A DNA stretch of 58,003 bases from a virus (lineage: Duplodnaviria > Caudoviricetes), in the IMG/VR virus record IMGVR_UViG_3300012988_000004, positions 1-58,003 of that record; one strand, 5' to 3'. Below, one piece after another: positions 27,630 to 38,103 of the stretch (position 1 is the first letter of the stretch; every line of letters starts with the position of its first letter). The notes under the pieces are model-generated. The model saw only the letters and a program-made list of their open reading frames with translations, did no database searches and was not told the DNA's origin. The translations under genes and the position numbers were made by a program.

Positions 27630-29156
27630 TTATGATCCGAAAAAGAAGCCTGCCTCTGCCGTTGTGCTTGCAATGCGTGCAAATCCACTGCGCTGATAGC
27701 GGAAGAATGTTTCCAACCGATCAGGATTGGATTGTCCTATGTTTACCACAATACTAGCTTTCATGAAATCAGGATTGGTAATCAATGCCCTTGTCGCAAG
27801 ATCGTTCGCATACTCATTCAAGATACCGGTCCATTCCTTTGGCTTAATTACCCTATCCGCAGTCACCGTATCGCTGTCATTCGCGATAGAATGATCCTGA
27901 ACATACAATGCCTCAAGTAAATGATACCCGAACTTAACATTGTTGTCAATATTCAAATTACGGCAGTAACGATATTGTGCAGGGTTCTCTCCCAAAGGAT
28001 GATAAGTAGTAACGAAATCTTCTACCTTGAATTGACCGCTGACCAGATTAACAGTTGAGCATCCTTTCTTCACAATTGCATCACGATTGGTATAAACCGC
28101 CATTGTAGCTGTAGCCCATGATGCAGCTGTAGGCACTGGCATATCTGGATAATATTGACCAGAAACATCCAGATTCACATTATTCTGGAATTGCAATGCA
28201 GCCAAATAAGTCATGTTTGCTGCCGCCTCCAAAGACAATCCAAGACTACCTGGTGCCGGAGCAATAGCAATAGTCACATCATTCAGGTAAGTATCTGTGA
28301 TCGAACTTGGATCGTCTGCGGTTGATCCTGTGATTGCAATAAATGGTTTGAAGATAATACCCACAAACCGTCCTGTTGGATTGGTTGGATCAGGGATACC
28401 ATTGAATGACATCAATGACTGAATAGTAGTTGTCTCTGTTCCGTAAGGATTGACTACGATCGTATTCCAATCGTTCTGGAATAAATTCAATGAAGATGCA
28501 ATACTTGGTGTACCTGAACCAGCTTGAGGGCTGTTTAACGTATATGTAACACCAGCTGCATTTGTACCAGCATCTACCGATACCGTCAAAGCATCTGCGG
28601 TAAGGCCACTCCACTTACTTGTCAGGATTGCTTCATACGTATCCTGGTTGGCGCTGAATGGCGATCCAAGAATTCCATTGACTGCATTTACAATCTTTTG
28701 AAGAATTGTTGGAGTTGTGTCACCAACTACTATGTTGATGGCGTAATAGTTGTTATCGATGCTTTCTCTGCCTGCTATTTTAAGATAGTGAGTAACATTC
28801 GCAGTAGCTACACCAGTTGGTTGTATGCGCCAAATCTTTGTTGTGGCGCCAGCTGCTTTTGCTTGTGGGTATACCCAAACCGGAATGCCACCAATACCAT
28901 CTCCATTGTAAGGAAACAGAATACGGGACATCATGTGGATAGGTGAACCATATCCAAATAAAGTACCGGCTTGTTGTGATGTTGTAATTTGTGTTGGGGC
29001 ATTGACTGTCAGACCCGATTGATTGGCATCATTGGCCTCTCCCAACATTGCTATGCGCTGAGGGAGATTAGGAGAAACAAGATTGAAAAATCCTTTTGTT
29101 ATTTTATAGCCTACAATGCGGGAAATTCTGTCGAGCGTAACAGCGTTTGAGGACAT
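27630..29156 (-). CDS. Contractile tail sheath (Mu gpL-like)
   Basis: FGYGSPIH, VTTY, NPDRL motifs; 508 aa. Confidence 0.9.
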   Translation of the reverse strand: MSSNAVTLDRISRIVGYKITKGFFNLVSPNLPQRIAMLGEANDANQSGLTVNAPTQITTSQQAGTLFGYGSPIHMMSRILFPYNGDGIGGIPVWVYPQAKAAGATTKIWRIQPTGVATANVTHYLKIAGRESIDNNYYAINIVVGDTTPTILQKIVNAVNGILGSPFSANQDTYEAILTSKWSGLTADALTVSVDAGTNAAGVTYTLNSPQAGSGTPSIASSLNLFQNDWNTIVVNPYGTETTTIQSLMSFNGIPDPTNPTGRFVGIIFKPFIAITGSTADDPSSITDTYLNDVTIAIAPAPGSLGLSLEAAANMTYLAALQFQNNVNLDVSGQYYPDMPVPTAASWATATMAVYTNRDAIVKKGCSTVNLVSGQFKVEDFVTTYHPLGENPAQYRYCRNLNIDNNVKFGYHLLEALYVQDHSIANDSDTVTADRVIKPKEWTGILNEYANDLATRALITNPDFMKASIVVNIGQSNPDRLETFFRYQRSGFARIASTTAEAGFFFGS

Positions 29157-29202
29157 ATTGACTGAATTTTTGAATAAAAATTGTCTTTATCCTCATTACA
29201 AA

Positions 29203-29227
29203 AAAAATTTGGTATCAACTTGGGGAA
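29203..29227. promoter_or_regulatory. Late-operon motif copy 2
   Basis: AAAAATTTGGTATCAACTTGGGGAA upstream of sheath. Confidence 0.65.
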
Positions 29228-29238
29228 TAAATTGGCCT

Positions 29239-29985
29239 TCAGGAAAAAATTTCTGAAAGTCCAAATCGATCCGATACTTCTACAAGGGTTCTATTCCAGT
29301 TAGCAAGAAAATATCCTGGCCCGAGTTCGGATGAATTGTAATCCTTCATTATGACCGAGTTTTTAATTATTCCCTGAGCACTGGAATTTCTTGCCTTGAG
29401 CATAATGTCTTTCCTTACCCATGAGAAATGGTGCATGAAGAAAGGAAGTTCTATTACATCCGATTGATTGATTGCTCTGGTTGGATCTACATAGAATTTG
29501 TATGAAGAACTGCCTGACCTAGTATCTTCATTAAGTTCATGGATAAAAGGCACGTAATAATCCTCTGGGCGGTCGAATATTAATGTTGGCTTCTTAAAGT
29601 AGGTTTGCATACGACATACGCTTCCTTTTGCTCCTGATTGGAAATAAAGTCTTTTGCATTCTCCAAAGTCCTCGTAGAATTCGTCCACATCCATTCCAAT
29701 AAAATGAGTGCAGTGATTATCGCGGGCGAAGTCTATTCCAAGGTTCCGTTTGGCTCGTTCATTCAGTTGACCTCCCCATTCGATTGTGGGATCATATTTG
29801 ACAAGGATTGTTTTATCATACGAAAGATGCTCTATCTCAGGAAGCGGACTCCACTGCTCACCAAAGTTGGAAATGGTCTGATAGACTATGATGATAAGAT
29901 CACAATGATCATAGATTTGCTCGATAGATTTTTCTAAAAGCTCAACTCCATCGTAGCAGTTATAAATTGCCGCGAGTTTAGTCAT
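29239..29985 (-). CDS. GT-A fold glycosyltransferase
   Basis: ERAKRN.G, DVDEFY DxD motif, MHHFSWVR. Confidence 0.8.
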   Translation of the reverse strand: MTKLAAIYNCYDGVELLEKSIEQIYDHCDLIIIVYQTISNFGEQWSPLPEIEHLSYDKTILVKYDPTIEWGGQLNERAKRNLGIDFARDNHCTHFIGMDVDEFYEDFGECKRLYFQSGAKGSVCRMQTYFKKPTLIFDRPEDYYVPFIHELNEDTRSGSSSYKFYVDPTRAINQSDVIELPFFMHHFSWVRKDIMLKARNSSAQGIIKNSVIMKDYNSSELGPGYFLANWNRTLVEVSDRFGLSEIFS

Positions 29986-30695
29986 TGCATTCTTGTATAG
30001 ATGTTATCAGTCATTGGAAATTTTATGTCCTCCGGCTTCAAATCGAAATTCCTTTTCTTGCGCTCTATGAAATTCATTTTGCCCTCTTCGAAGGTTGCAT
30101 CATTCCTTTTGTTAAGGTCATCTTTTGGGATTGACTCGCATAGATGCCTGAAATCTAAATTTGTTCCTGAACTACATAATTGACACCATCTGCCAGTCAT
30201 TTCGGCAACGCATGTAAGTTCAGTATCACAAAACATGTGCTTGTAGGAAGGATGATAAACGTATCCGAATCGGTTGTAATACTTCCATCCCATGATAGGC
30301 ATAGTTATAATCCATACCTGTATACCATCAAATATATGGTAACATCTATCCTCTTCTTCACCGATGGATTGTTTAAGTGTCTTACCCCAATCTTGCGGAC
30401 AATCAAAGTCATCTGATATTACTATCAGGAAATCGCCAGGCTTTCCGCGATGCTTGGAATAAAATTCAGCTGCAACATTTATTGCTTCAATTGCTGATTT
30501 GTTTTGATTGATGAGCTTAGTGAAATTGAGACAAGGAAATTTAAAAGAATAATTCCAGAGTTCCGAATCATCCGAATCAAGACTCATTACATATTCGAAC
30601 TCATCTTGATCTAATCCTATTCGTTCAATCCATTTTTTTGCTGTGGCAATCGCCAATTGTGGACGGCTTCTGCTTGGATGGATTATAGTGATCAT
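29982..30695 (-). CDS. GT2-like glycosyltransferase
   Basis: IIHPSRSRP, AIN, VISDDF, YHPSY...CD.E. Confidence 0.85.
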   Translation of the reverse strand: MITIIHPSRSRPQLAIATAKKWIERIGLDQDEFEYVMSLDSDDSELWNYSFKFPCLNFTKLINQNKSAIEAINVAAEFYSKHRGKPGDFLIVISDDFDCPQDWGKTLKQSIGEEEDRCYHIFDGIQVWIITMPIMGWKYYNRFGYVYHPSYKHMFCDTELTCVAEMTGRWCQLCSSGTNLDFRHLCESIPKDDLNKRNDATFEEGKMNFIERKKRNFDLKPEDIKFPMTDNIYTRMQ

Positions 30696-31186
30696 GATTC
30701 CAAAAGTTTTGTCACATCAATATGATCGCTCATGGCCGTAGCCCATGCTCCGGGAGTTTCAAAGTCGAGATGATATTTGTATTTGTTGATCTCCGGCCTC
30801 ATCTGATAACCGTGTTCGGCAGCCGGTTCAGTATCATGTGCTATGATAATTTGTGCATGATGTAGTAAAGGCAATCTTATTTTACGGTCCTCGCCTGGCG
30901 CATGATCCACAAGTACAACTCCATAATCCTTTCTCAATGGTAATGTGTCCCAATTTTCAATGTATATGCTATCATTTTCCTTAGCATATTCCATCTTGTC
31001 ATCATACGTGATGAACTCCAATCCTTCATCTTTGCAGTATTGTCTAAGTACCGCAGTTGATCCCATTCCTGAGCCAAGTTCCAATGTAGGCAATTTAAGA
31101 TGCTTGGTTGCCTCAAGAGATGCCCATAACAACATTAGATGTGAGTTCCAATTTCCGAATACTTTTAAGAATTCTACTTTTGTCAT
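30692..31186 (-). CDS. Class I SAM-dependent methyltransferase
   Basis: LELGSGMGST, VLVDH, AHDT. Confidence 0.8.
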   Translation of the reverse strand: MTKVEFLKVFGNWNSHLMLLWASLEATKHLKLPTLELGSGMGSTAVLRQYCKDEGLEFITYDDKMEYAKENDSIYIENWDTLPLRKDYGVVLVDHAPGEDRKIRLPLLHHAQIIIAHDTEPAAEHGYQMRPEINKYKYHLDFETPGAWATAMSDHIDVTKLLES

Positions 31187-31191
31187 ATAAA

Positions 31192-31671
31192 TTAAATTAA
31201 GTCTTTAACTTTTCCTCTTCTACTAAAAGCGTTTATAACATTTTTTCCTTTTAATGGAAGATTGTCGGTCAACAATCTCAAATCTTCTTTTGAGATCATG
31301 TAGCGATACTCGTCCTTTATTTCCACCGGTTCTCCTTTCGCGATTTTATTTCTGAGGAAATTTATAAATGTATTGGGATTTGTGTCAAAATCTATATTTC
31401 CTATACGAATGATATTGTAGTTCTCCCAAATGTCATCAACCATTGTTTCCATAATCATTTTGTGGGTGAAGTATGGAGTTTCTTTTTCAAATAACTGAAT
31501 GCTACTGAAATAGAAAAGGCACTTATCGCGAGGTTGATCCAACAAGAGAAGATATTCTCTTTCAAATGCTTTGTGATCGGTTTCGCCACTATTGGAAACT
31601 CCGCTGGCAAAGAATATAGCGCCTTCACGGTCATTAAGTATTCGGGCGATATTTCCATTCCCCACAATCAT
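31192..31671 (-). CDS. Short NAD-dependent epimerase/dehydratase-like protein
   Basis: IVGNGNIA, FASGVSNS, YFSS, Y..HK SDR-like motif. Confidence 0.7.
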   Translation of the reverse strand: MIVGNGNIARILNDREGAIFFASGVSNSGETDHKAFEREYLLLLDQPRDKCLFYFSSIQLFEKETPYFTHKMIMETMVDDIWENYNIIRIGNIDFDTNPNTFINFLRNKIAKGEPVEIKDEYRYMISKEDLRLLTDNLPLKGKNVINAFSRRGKVKDLI

Positions 31672-32252
31672 TTCAATATCCACAAACTATCCCAATAATT
31701 AAATCCAACTCCATGCTGAGAAGTGTAATCGTGCTTTATTGCTTCGTAACCCAATGCCTTCAGCTTATCTTCCATCATAGTCATCTCCGTTTGTCCGTAG
31801 ATTCCAGTGTGCAGATGAAACTCGATAGATAGCTGTTTAGCAGGCGCTTTGTCCAATGACATGATGACTTCATATTCCGATCCTTCAATGTCCAATTTTA
31901 TTAAATCCCAAAATTTAACATCGTAATAAACTGAAAGAGCCTTCAATGTTGTGCACTGAATTTCATAATCAGTTTTTGGTTGCTTTTGAATTCGGGTGGC
32001 TTGCTTGTCATCTGATTTTACTAAGTAGCCGGTGCCTATGAAATCACTGAGTGCAACCATGTCGTATGGTCCGCCTTCTAATTTATCGGCATCTATACAC
32101 CATACTTTGCATTTTAACTTAGCCATTCCTTCAGCGAATTCAAAGCCTCTGCATCCTGCATCCAAAACATTAGCTCCATCGTAAGGGAATATTCCACCGA
32201 AGCTGTAAGGGATGAAAGAATGTTCAGCAATTGTTAGTATTTCGCAATTCAT
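31668..32252 (-). CDS. FkbM-family methyltransferase
   Basis: VLDAGC, DLIKLDIEGSEY, QLSIEFH. Confidence 0.88.
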   Translation of the reverse strand: MNCEILTIAEHSFIPYSFGGIFPYDGANVLDAGCRGFEFAEGMAKLKCKVWCIDADKLEGGPYDMVALSDFIGTGYLVKSDDKQATRIQKQPKTDYEIQCTTLKALSVYYDVKFWDLIKLDIEGSEYEVIMSLDKAPAKQLSIEFHLHTGIYGQTEMTMMEDKLKALGYEAIKHDYTSQHGVGFNYWDSLWILK

Positions 32253-32454
32253 ATTCGTAGTAAAAATTACTTATGACTGATTTGGCAATTATTTCCGATG
32301 TAGATGATTTCATAGTCTCGCCAGCACCAAGACCACATTTAGCGCACATGGGAACATGAAATTGCGCAGTCCAAGTTTGATATACTTTAACTGCAACTTT
32401 ATTGCTTCCACAACGAGGACAATTTTTATCAATGGTGGTTTCGTAATCTTCCAT
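32224..32454 (-). CDS. Zn-ribbon small protein
   Basis: CPRC...CAKC. Confidence 0.6.
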   Translation of the reverse strand: MEDYETTIDKNCPRCGSNKVAVKVYQTWTAQFHVPMCAKCGLGAGETMKSSTSEIIAKSVISNFYYEYELRNTNNC

Positions 32455-33113
32455 TATTTAAAATGTTCCTTGCGAAACATTGGTTTATCTGCTATGCAAT
32501 AACGCACTTTATAGGCATCAGTTGGCTCATGGCCATTCAGATATATCGCTGCTGCCATGCAACTCTCATCATTCCTGTGGCCGTTTATAAGCTCGCTGGA
32601 GGCTTCATATTGGCTTCCGAACATTCCGCGAAGTTCTGATTGCTTCCATATTTGAAATATCTTCTGTGTCAATTCAAAGTCGAAATCGAAGTAATACATT
32701 GACCCTCCCACAAGTCTCCAATCTTTCTCCACCATCTCTTCTTTTTCGATATTGAAGTATTTCCGAGCTTTTTCCGAGATTAATCCGACAAGTTTGTTGT
32801 CATCCTTGATTGCCACCATTCGGAATTTGAATAGGTCGTCAATCTTGTCGGCAAGTATCATGGCAGGATCGAGCCAAATGATTTTTGTGAATCCATTCTT
32901 CCTTGCCTGCTCAATTGCATGAACTTTCAAGCCGTAAAGCGATATGTGGAAAGGGCGCGCGCCATCAGGCAATGTGTTGGTGTAGAAAAGTAAGTTCGCA
33001 TCTGGATAAATTGCTAGTATGGACTGCTTTAATCTTTCTTGTTGTTCCAAATAGCGATCATCACCATAATTGAACTTGCCGAAAGCCTGGCATACGAAAC
33101 AAACGTCATTCAT
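32454..33113 (-). CDS. GT-A-like nucleotide-sugar transferase
   Basis: K..AI..A, IIWLD, GHRNDES motif; start moved to MNDVCF. Confidence 0.65.
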   Translation of the reverse strand: MNDVCFVCQAFGKFNYGDDRYLEQQERLKQSILAIYPDANLLFYTNTLPDGARPFHISLYGLKVHAIEQARKNGFTKIIWLDPAMILADKIDDLFKFRMVAIKDDNKLVGLISEKARKYFNIEKEEMVEKDWRLVGGSMYYFDFDFELTQKIFQIWKQSELRGMFGSQYEASSELINGHRNDESCMAAAIYLNGHEPTDAYKVRYCIADKPMFRKEHFK

Positions 33114-33321
33114 GATTGTAAATATTTTCTGCTTCCATAATATTATTGGCCTTATGCCATGTTCCATCTTTTTTTAGACAGATTAAATAATCAACACATT
33201 GTATATTTTGAAAAACTAATTTAGCATCAAAAAATGAATTGACTCCAATAACAAATTTATCGTCAGAACTTATGACCGTAGCCATTTTAAAGTTTTTTCC
33301 GTAAAAAGGAATTGCATTCAT
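33106..33321 (-). CDS. Hypothetical protein
   Basis: 71 aa coupled ORF. Confidence 0.5.
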   Translation of the reverse strand: MNAIPFYGKNFKMATVISSDDKFVIGVNSFFDAKLVFQNIQCVDYLICLKKDGTWHKANNIMEAENIYNHE

Positions 33322-34121
33322 TGTAGTGCGTTTTTAAATTGTTCCGTATAGTCAGCAAACCATGTATGGTCATCGTGAGGGAAAACTGATGCCAGCATTC
33401 GCATGACCTTCATAAAGGTTTCGTCATTAGAATATATATCGTGAGGCAGGTGGCAGTCAATTGGATTAGGGTGGTAAGTAGCCCACGCACTCCTGTCAAT
33501 TCTTCCAATCGGGTATCCATTCGTAAGAACGCCACGATGAACAAATTCTTTTTCAAATTGTACTTCATTTATTCTTTTGGTTATTAGTCTCTGATCTGTG
33601 CACCATCTTTCAATTTGATTTCCGTTTTCGCGCGCATCTGGCATGTCGTCCAAGTCTCTCTTTATTAATTCGAGTGCATTATTAGTATAGATTCCCATTA
33701 CCTCTCTCCATCGTTCCGCCATCATTCCAATGTAGCATATCGGGATCTGTTGGTATCCTGTTAAGTCGTGACCCCAAACAGTTATTTTTTTTGGATCAAA
33801 TTTCCAATAATCACTCAAGGCCATCATGTCTGCATCGCCAGTCATAATATAATCACCATTTCCAGTAAAGCAGGCAGCATAAAGTCTTGAAACTTGTGCG
33901 ATTGTGTCAGAGCGATAGTTTTCAATATTAACAAAAGGAATTCCTTGCACATTAAAATTTTTAATTGCTTGTGCCACCACAAACATTGTGTCCAATGATC
34001 CTTTGCAGTTCTGCAAAACCATCACATCCCATCCTATTCTTTTCCATGACCATACAACCAATGGAAGAGTGAATTGGTAAATTGGATTCTCGTTAATTGA
34101 AAGGACGATTACTTTTCTCAT
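33318..34121 (-). CDS. GT-A-like glycosyltransferase
   Basis: Q..RLY, TGDADM DxD motif, W.TDQ, IDCH. Confidence 0.65.
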   Translation of the reverse strand: MRKVIVLSINENPIYQFTLPLVVWSWKRIGWDVMVLQNCKGSLDTMFVVAQAIKNFNVQGIPFVNIENYRSDTIAQVSRLYAACFTGNGDYIMTGDADMMALSDYWKFDPKKITVWGHDLTGYQQIPICYIGMMAERWREVMGIYTNNALELIKRDLDDMPDARENGNQIERWCTDQRLITKRINEVQFEKEFVHRGVLTNGYPIGRIDRSAWATYHPNPIDCHLPHDIYSNDETFMKVMRMLASVFPHDDHTWFADYTEQFKNALQ

Positions 34122-34263
34122 TTTTGTTTCTTTTCAAGATCATCTATTCTTTCAAGCAGCATAAATATCATTTCCATTAAATAAGCAGTCGTAGTAGGAT
34201 ATTCGTGCTTTGATTTAGCCTTTAATCTAGCTGTATTAAAGAATATTTGTTTTTCCTCGAATG

Positions 34264-35061
34264 TCATAACCACCACCAGAATAGTTTAGGAAATTGTTTT
34301 TCTATCGCCTCGAACTTGCTTGGTTCTTTCTCAAATCTTATAAAGAAGCGAATTGTTTCCATCTCGTTCATACCCGGACTCCCAATAAATTGTGAGCACA
34401 AGTTAGATTCCCATAGCATTGGACGTACTTGTGGAAGTGGCGCTTGAGAGTATGAATCTGGAATTTCTTCGCCCAATGGTCCTCCAGACCAAAGTAAATC
34501 GTCCTTAATTCGCGGTAGAACCTTTGTATTCATCCAAACCTGATCTGATCCATGCTGAGATAAATCTAATCCACTAATCATTTGTTCCCAACTATTCACT
34601 TCCATGCAGGATCTAAACCATGCACAGTCAAACGAAACCATGCCACCCATCAATCCAGAATGTGCTCTATTGTCGAGTATGGCATGGCACTTCTTTGGGC
34701 TTTCCAGCCACTTTTGAACTACTAAGGCTTCCCGGTAGCTGCTGAGTGCATCTGCGTCCCTGCACAAAATATGAGTTACATTCTGGTCGAAGATTGGCTT
34801 CATCCTACGGAGCATTCCTTCACATCGCTTTGGCTTGTTTTCTTCGTTGACACTAATACTTAAGTTATTGTTAGCAACCAACCAATCGAATAGTCCCTGA
34901 AATTCTGAGTAAAGATCGCGCGATATTTCAAGATGAGTCTGCCAATCGGGGAACACAAATGAGTTCATCCTACAATTCCAGTACATTCCCCTTATGTAGA
35001 AAAGTTTCTCGAAGTTCTGTGTGCCTTCGGAGTTAAACAGGGAATAACATATTTTCTTCAT
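34264..35061 (-). CDS. GT-A-like glycosyltransferase
   Basis: YSLF, CRDADA..S.RE, H...MGGM, SDQ. Confidence 0.65.
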   Translation of the reverse strand: MKKICYSLFNSEGTQNFEKLFYIRGMYWNCRMNSFVFPDWQTHLEISRDLYSEFQGLFDWLVANNNLSISVNEENKPKRCEGMLRRMKPIFDQNVTHILCRDADALSSYREALVVQKWLESPKKCHAILDNRAHSGLMGGMVSFDCAWFRSCMEVNSWEQMISGLDLSQHGSDQVWMNTKVLPRIKDDLLWSGGPLGEEIPDSYSQAPLPQVRPMLWESNLCSQFIGSPGMNEMETIRFFIRFEKEPSKFEAIEKQFPKLFWWWL

Positions 35062-35588
35062 AAAGCGTATAGTGAATGACCTTTTATTAAGGTATTGTTA
35101 ATAATAGCGTTTCTAATAGTTTTTTCAGATGCTCGAAAATATTTAGAGCATTCTTTTTTGGATACAAATTCAATCAATGAGCAATCCTGAATAGCAATAA
35201 TGGCATGACGATGTTTTGTGAATCCATTCTCTATTGAATGATTTGTATTTTCTTTTGGAGTTGTCCATTCTAATTCACTTGCACGACAATCCTTTTTATT
35301 ACCTTTTTTATGATTGACTTCTTTTTTGTTTTCGGGGTTTGGTATAAAATGTTCAGCTACAAGTCGGTGCAATAGAAATCTTTTTTCTACCTGTTCCACT
35401 TTAAGCATTACTGACAAATATCCATTCTTATAATGAGCAGTCGCTTTTTTCAATTTACTCTTGCAGAATTTGAATGATCCATAAAAAGGAACAAATCGAT
35501 CAATACTCCTAACTCTTCCAAGATCAGAAATCTCATAATGATTTTCATAACCTACGATTGGTTTCCATCTTTCAATTATTTCACTCAT
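35058..35588 (-). CDS. NUMOD4-HNH homing endonuclease
   Basis: WKPIVGYE.HYEISDLGRV, HRLVA..F, VNH.KGNK, LEW.T..EN. Confidence 0.92.
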   Translation of the reverse strand: MSEIIERWKPIVGYENHYEISDLGRVRSIDRFVPFYGSFKFCKSKLKKATAHYKNGYLSVMLKVEQVEKRFLLHRLVAEHFIPNPENKKEVNHKKGNKKDCRASELEWTTPKENTNHSIENGFTKHRHAIIAIQDCSLIEFVSKKECSKYFRASEKTIRNAIINNTLIKGHSLYAL

Positions 35589-36166
35589 AATTCATGCTTG
35601 GGGTTACCGGCATAATAATAATAGATAATTTCTGGAATTGGATATTCCGTTTTAAGAACTCCTGCTTTTTGTAAAGCAATACTGTATTGACCATCCTCTC
35701 CCACTGTAATATCAGGATATTTTATGTCTTTGACTTTATCTAATCTCAAAAAATTAAGATGGTTTGGATTTCGATAGAACATTTGCGCATCCTGATACCA
35801 ATGATCATATTTCAATGAATGGTGAAATGGATTGTTCTTTTTACCATTCTCATAATATTGCCCAAACAATTCACCGCAATCTAATCCACTTTCAGCAACC
35901 TCAAGTCCTCGCTTAATGTAAGTTGGCCCCGGAAGATCGTCATCATCATGGAAGGCAATGTATTCGCATTTTCTTTCGACTGCCATCTGAATAAGGAAAT
36001 TCCTTTTTGCTCCAGTAGTCCACTCTTTATTATCGCGATGCCAAATAAAACAAACATCTTTTCCTTCAGGATCAACTTCATTCATTTGCTTGGTGAGTTC
36101 ACCTGTCAATCTGTTAAAAAGATCAACTCGCTCATCAAGGGTTGGGATTAAAATTCCTAATTTCAT
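35585..36166 (-). CDS. GT2 glycosyltransferase
   Basis: ILIPT..ER, GAKRN, FHDDDD, GED. Confidence 0.9.
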   Translation of the reverse strand: MKLGILIPTLDERVDLFNRLTGELTKQMNEVDPEGKDVCFIWHRDNKEWTTGAKRNFLIQMAVERKCEYIAFHDDDDLPGPTYIKRGLEVAESGLDCGELFGQYYENGKKNNPFHHSLKYDHWYQDAQMFYRNPNHLNFLRLDKVKDIKYPDITVGEDGQYSIALQKAGVLKTEYPIPEIIYYYYAGNPKHEL

Positions 36167-36248
36167 TTTTTATTTTTTTGAAGTGATAGACAATAAAGCT
36201 GAATGATTGCTAAATAAATTCCTATGATAATCCAAAAATAAAATTCCT

Positions 36249-36965
36249 TCATAAAAATTTTTGTAATTCAGTTCTTGCTTTTAAAATTTCGTGGCCGCTT
36301 GGCTCATCAAAATAACGCTTTAGTCTTTCGAAGTAAACTCTAACATCATGGTCTGTATGCAAAGAGTTCGCACGATAGGTCTCATCATTAGGAGCTGGGC
36401 TATTGGCCGGATGTTGATGCTTTGCCAATACCTGATCGAAATAATGATACTTTCCTCTCATCATTGCTACGTAGAAGCTCTCTGCATCGCAGGAGAACGA
36501 TTTGTAGGCAGGATGGTAAATATACGAGTCACGTTCGTAATACTCGCGTCCTATGACGCTCATGGTGCAAAGCTGATCGTGGGTATAACCATCCGAGAAA
36601 TGCAAATAGCAGTCGAGAGAACCGTTCCAAACGTCTTTTATGAGCTGCCTGATTACGTTGTCCCAGCCTGGCTGGATAAAGAAGAAGTCATCGCTCATGT
36701 TCACCAAAATGTCCCAATTTTCAGGCATGTGCCGGTTGATAGCGTCAACTTTAGTTTCGTGTGGTCCTGAGCAAACATCAATTTTTGGATTAGTGCGATA
36801 AAACTCTTTCATCTTATCCGAGTGCATTGTAAAATCGTCATCATCTATGCTCACCGAGATTATGTAGTTATCATCATGGATAGTGTTCATGATGTTGGAG
36901 ATGGCCTTCACAAAGTATTGAGGGCGATGGCGAGTGGCATATTTTATGAGTATGCGTTGGCTCAT
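36249..36965 (-). CDS. GT2-like glycosyltransferase (paralog of 29982..30695)
   Basis: ATRHRP, KVDAIN, MSDDF, YHPAY...CD.E. Confidence 0.87.
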   Translation of the reverse strand: MSQRILIKYATRHRPQYFVKAISNIMNTIHDDNYIISVSIDDDDFTMHSDKMKEFYRTNPKIDVCSGPHETKVDAINRHMPENWDILVNMSDDFFFIQPGWDNVIRQLIKDVWNGSLDCYLHFSDGYTHDQLCTMSVIGREYYERDSYIYHPAYKSFSCDAESFYVAMMRGKYHYFDQVLAKHQHPANSPAPNDETYRANSLHTDHDVRVYFERLKRYFDEPSGHEILKARTELQKFL

Positions 36966-37112
36966 ATCAATTATCGTGAAATCTTGTTTCCATTCCTAAA
37001 TTAATCCCGCATCTTTTGCAATGATAAAACTCATAGCTTATAGCCCAACATTTTTTGTCGCTTTTTTCAACCATCACTTTATTATGGCCGAATATTTTAC
37101 AAAGTAATTTTT

Positions 37113-37667
37113 TCATGGCTTTCGGAAAACCGCAGTAATCCACTTTGAATGATTTGGCTGCTTGAATAACTGTTTCTCCCATTCTGCCAAAAGTTCTTCT
37201 GCTTCTTTGGTGTAAGGGAAATCTTCCTGCCCAAAATTGTCTATGATGATATAGCCTCCTTGCCTGACTCGATCAAAAGAGTTTTGTAAGCATTCCAAGC
37301 GCCATGCTCCGTCAATTATGATGCAATCAAATTCATGTTGTTCTCCTTCAGCTTTCTTTAATTGTCTTGTGATTATGGATTCAAGTGTCGAAGTATAAAA
37401 TTTTGCTTTCGTAATGTAGTCTTCTTTTTCCTCCTCAAGATTTGCTCCCATCGCGCGTGCCCATGATGGATTGTTTTCTACGCTATAAATCATTAAGCAA
37501 TTGAGACGAAACCAAATAGTAGAGTAGCCACATCCAAATTCCATGATGACCCATCTGCTGATGTCCTGCTTCTTTAACCATTCCAAACAAGGAGTTGTAA
37601 ACCACGGTAAAATTAGACCGGATTCAGTGTCAATCGATTGCCACGGCATGTTTGCTCCGACAATCAT
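37113..37667 (-). CDS. Class I SAM-dependent methyltransferase
   Basis: PW, EFGCGYSTIWF, FDCIIIDG..R, GG.IIIDN. Confidence 0.85.
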   Translation of the reverse strand: MIVGANMPWQSIDTESGLILPWFTTPCLEWLKKQDISRWVIMEFGCGYSTIWFRLNCLMIYSVENNPSWARAMGANLEEEKEDYITKAKFYTSTLESIITRQLKKAEGEQHEFDCIIIDGAWRLECLQNSFDRVRQGGYIIIDNFGQEDFPYTKEAEELLAEWEKQLFKQPNHSKWITAVFRKP

Positions 37668-37894
37668 GCAACCTTTTCCTTTTTGTCGGATTGCTTCTTA
37701 ATATCCTTTTCATTTTTTGAAGCATCAAAAAGAGAAGGTTCTTTTTTCTTTTTATTGGTAATCTCTTCGACTATTTCCTTAGTCTGTTCTTTAAGTTGAC
37801 TTTCGATAGCGCTGCGAACTACTGTCTGCTGCATTTGGAAATATGCGTCAATAAGTTCGCATAGTTCTACAAGTTTTTTTTCGGTCTTTGTCAT
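37664..37894 (-). CDS. Hypothetical protein
   Basis: 76 aa charged ORF. Confidence 0.55.
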   Translation of the reverse strand: MTKTEKKLVELCELIDAYFQMQQTVVRSAIESQLKEQTKEIVEEITNKKKKEPSLFDASKNEKDIKKQSDKKEKVA

Positions 37895-37913
37895 TTTGGT
37901 ATTGAATTAAGGT

Positions 37914-38099
37914 TTAAAGCACTTCTCCGTCTGCTAAATCTTCTGTCGCTTCACCGACATCATCAGCAGCAGATTGTAATAATTCTTTGGTTGCTTCCGG
38001 TTCTTCACCAGTGACAACATTAACTGCATCCTTAGCGATTGCAATGGGTGTTAAAGCAACCTTCACAACTGAACTAAACATTCCTCCTAAAAATCCCAT
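37914..38099 (-). CDS. Small amphipathic protein
   Basis: MGFLGGMFSSVVKVALTP...; A-rich leader before this ATG. Confidence 0.6.
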   Translation of the reverse strand: MGFLGGMFSSVVKVALTPIAIAKDAVNVVTGEEPEATKELLQSAADDVGEATEDLADGEVL

Positions 38100-38103
38100 A
38101 GTT

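Noticed and set aside
17145-29156. Mu-like transposable phage or eCIS/tailocin
   Set aside because: No transposase or Mor; a full head, portal and terminase are present.
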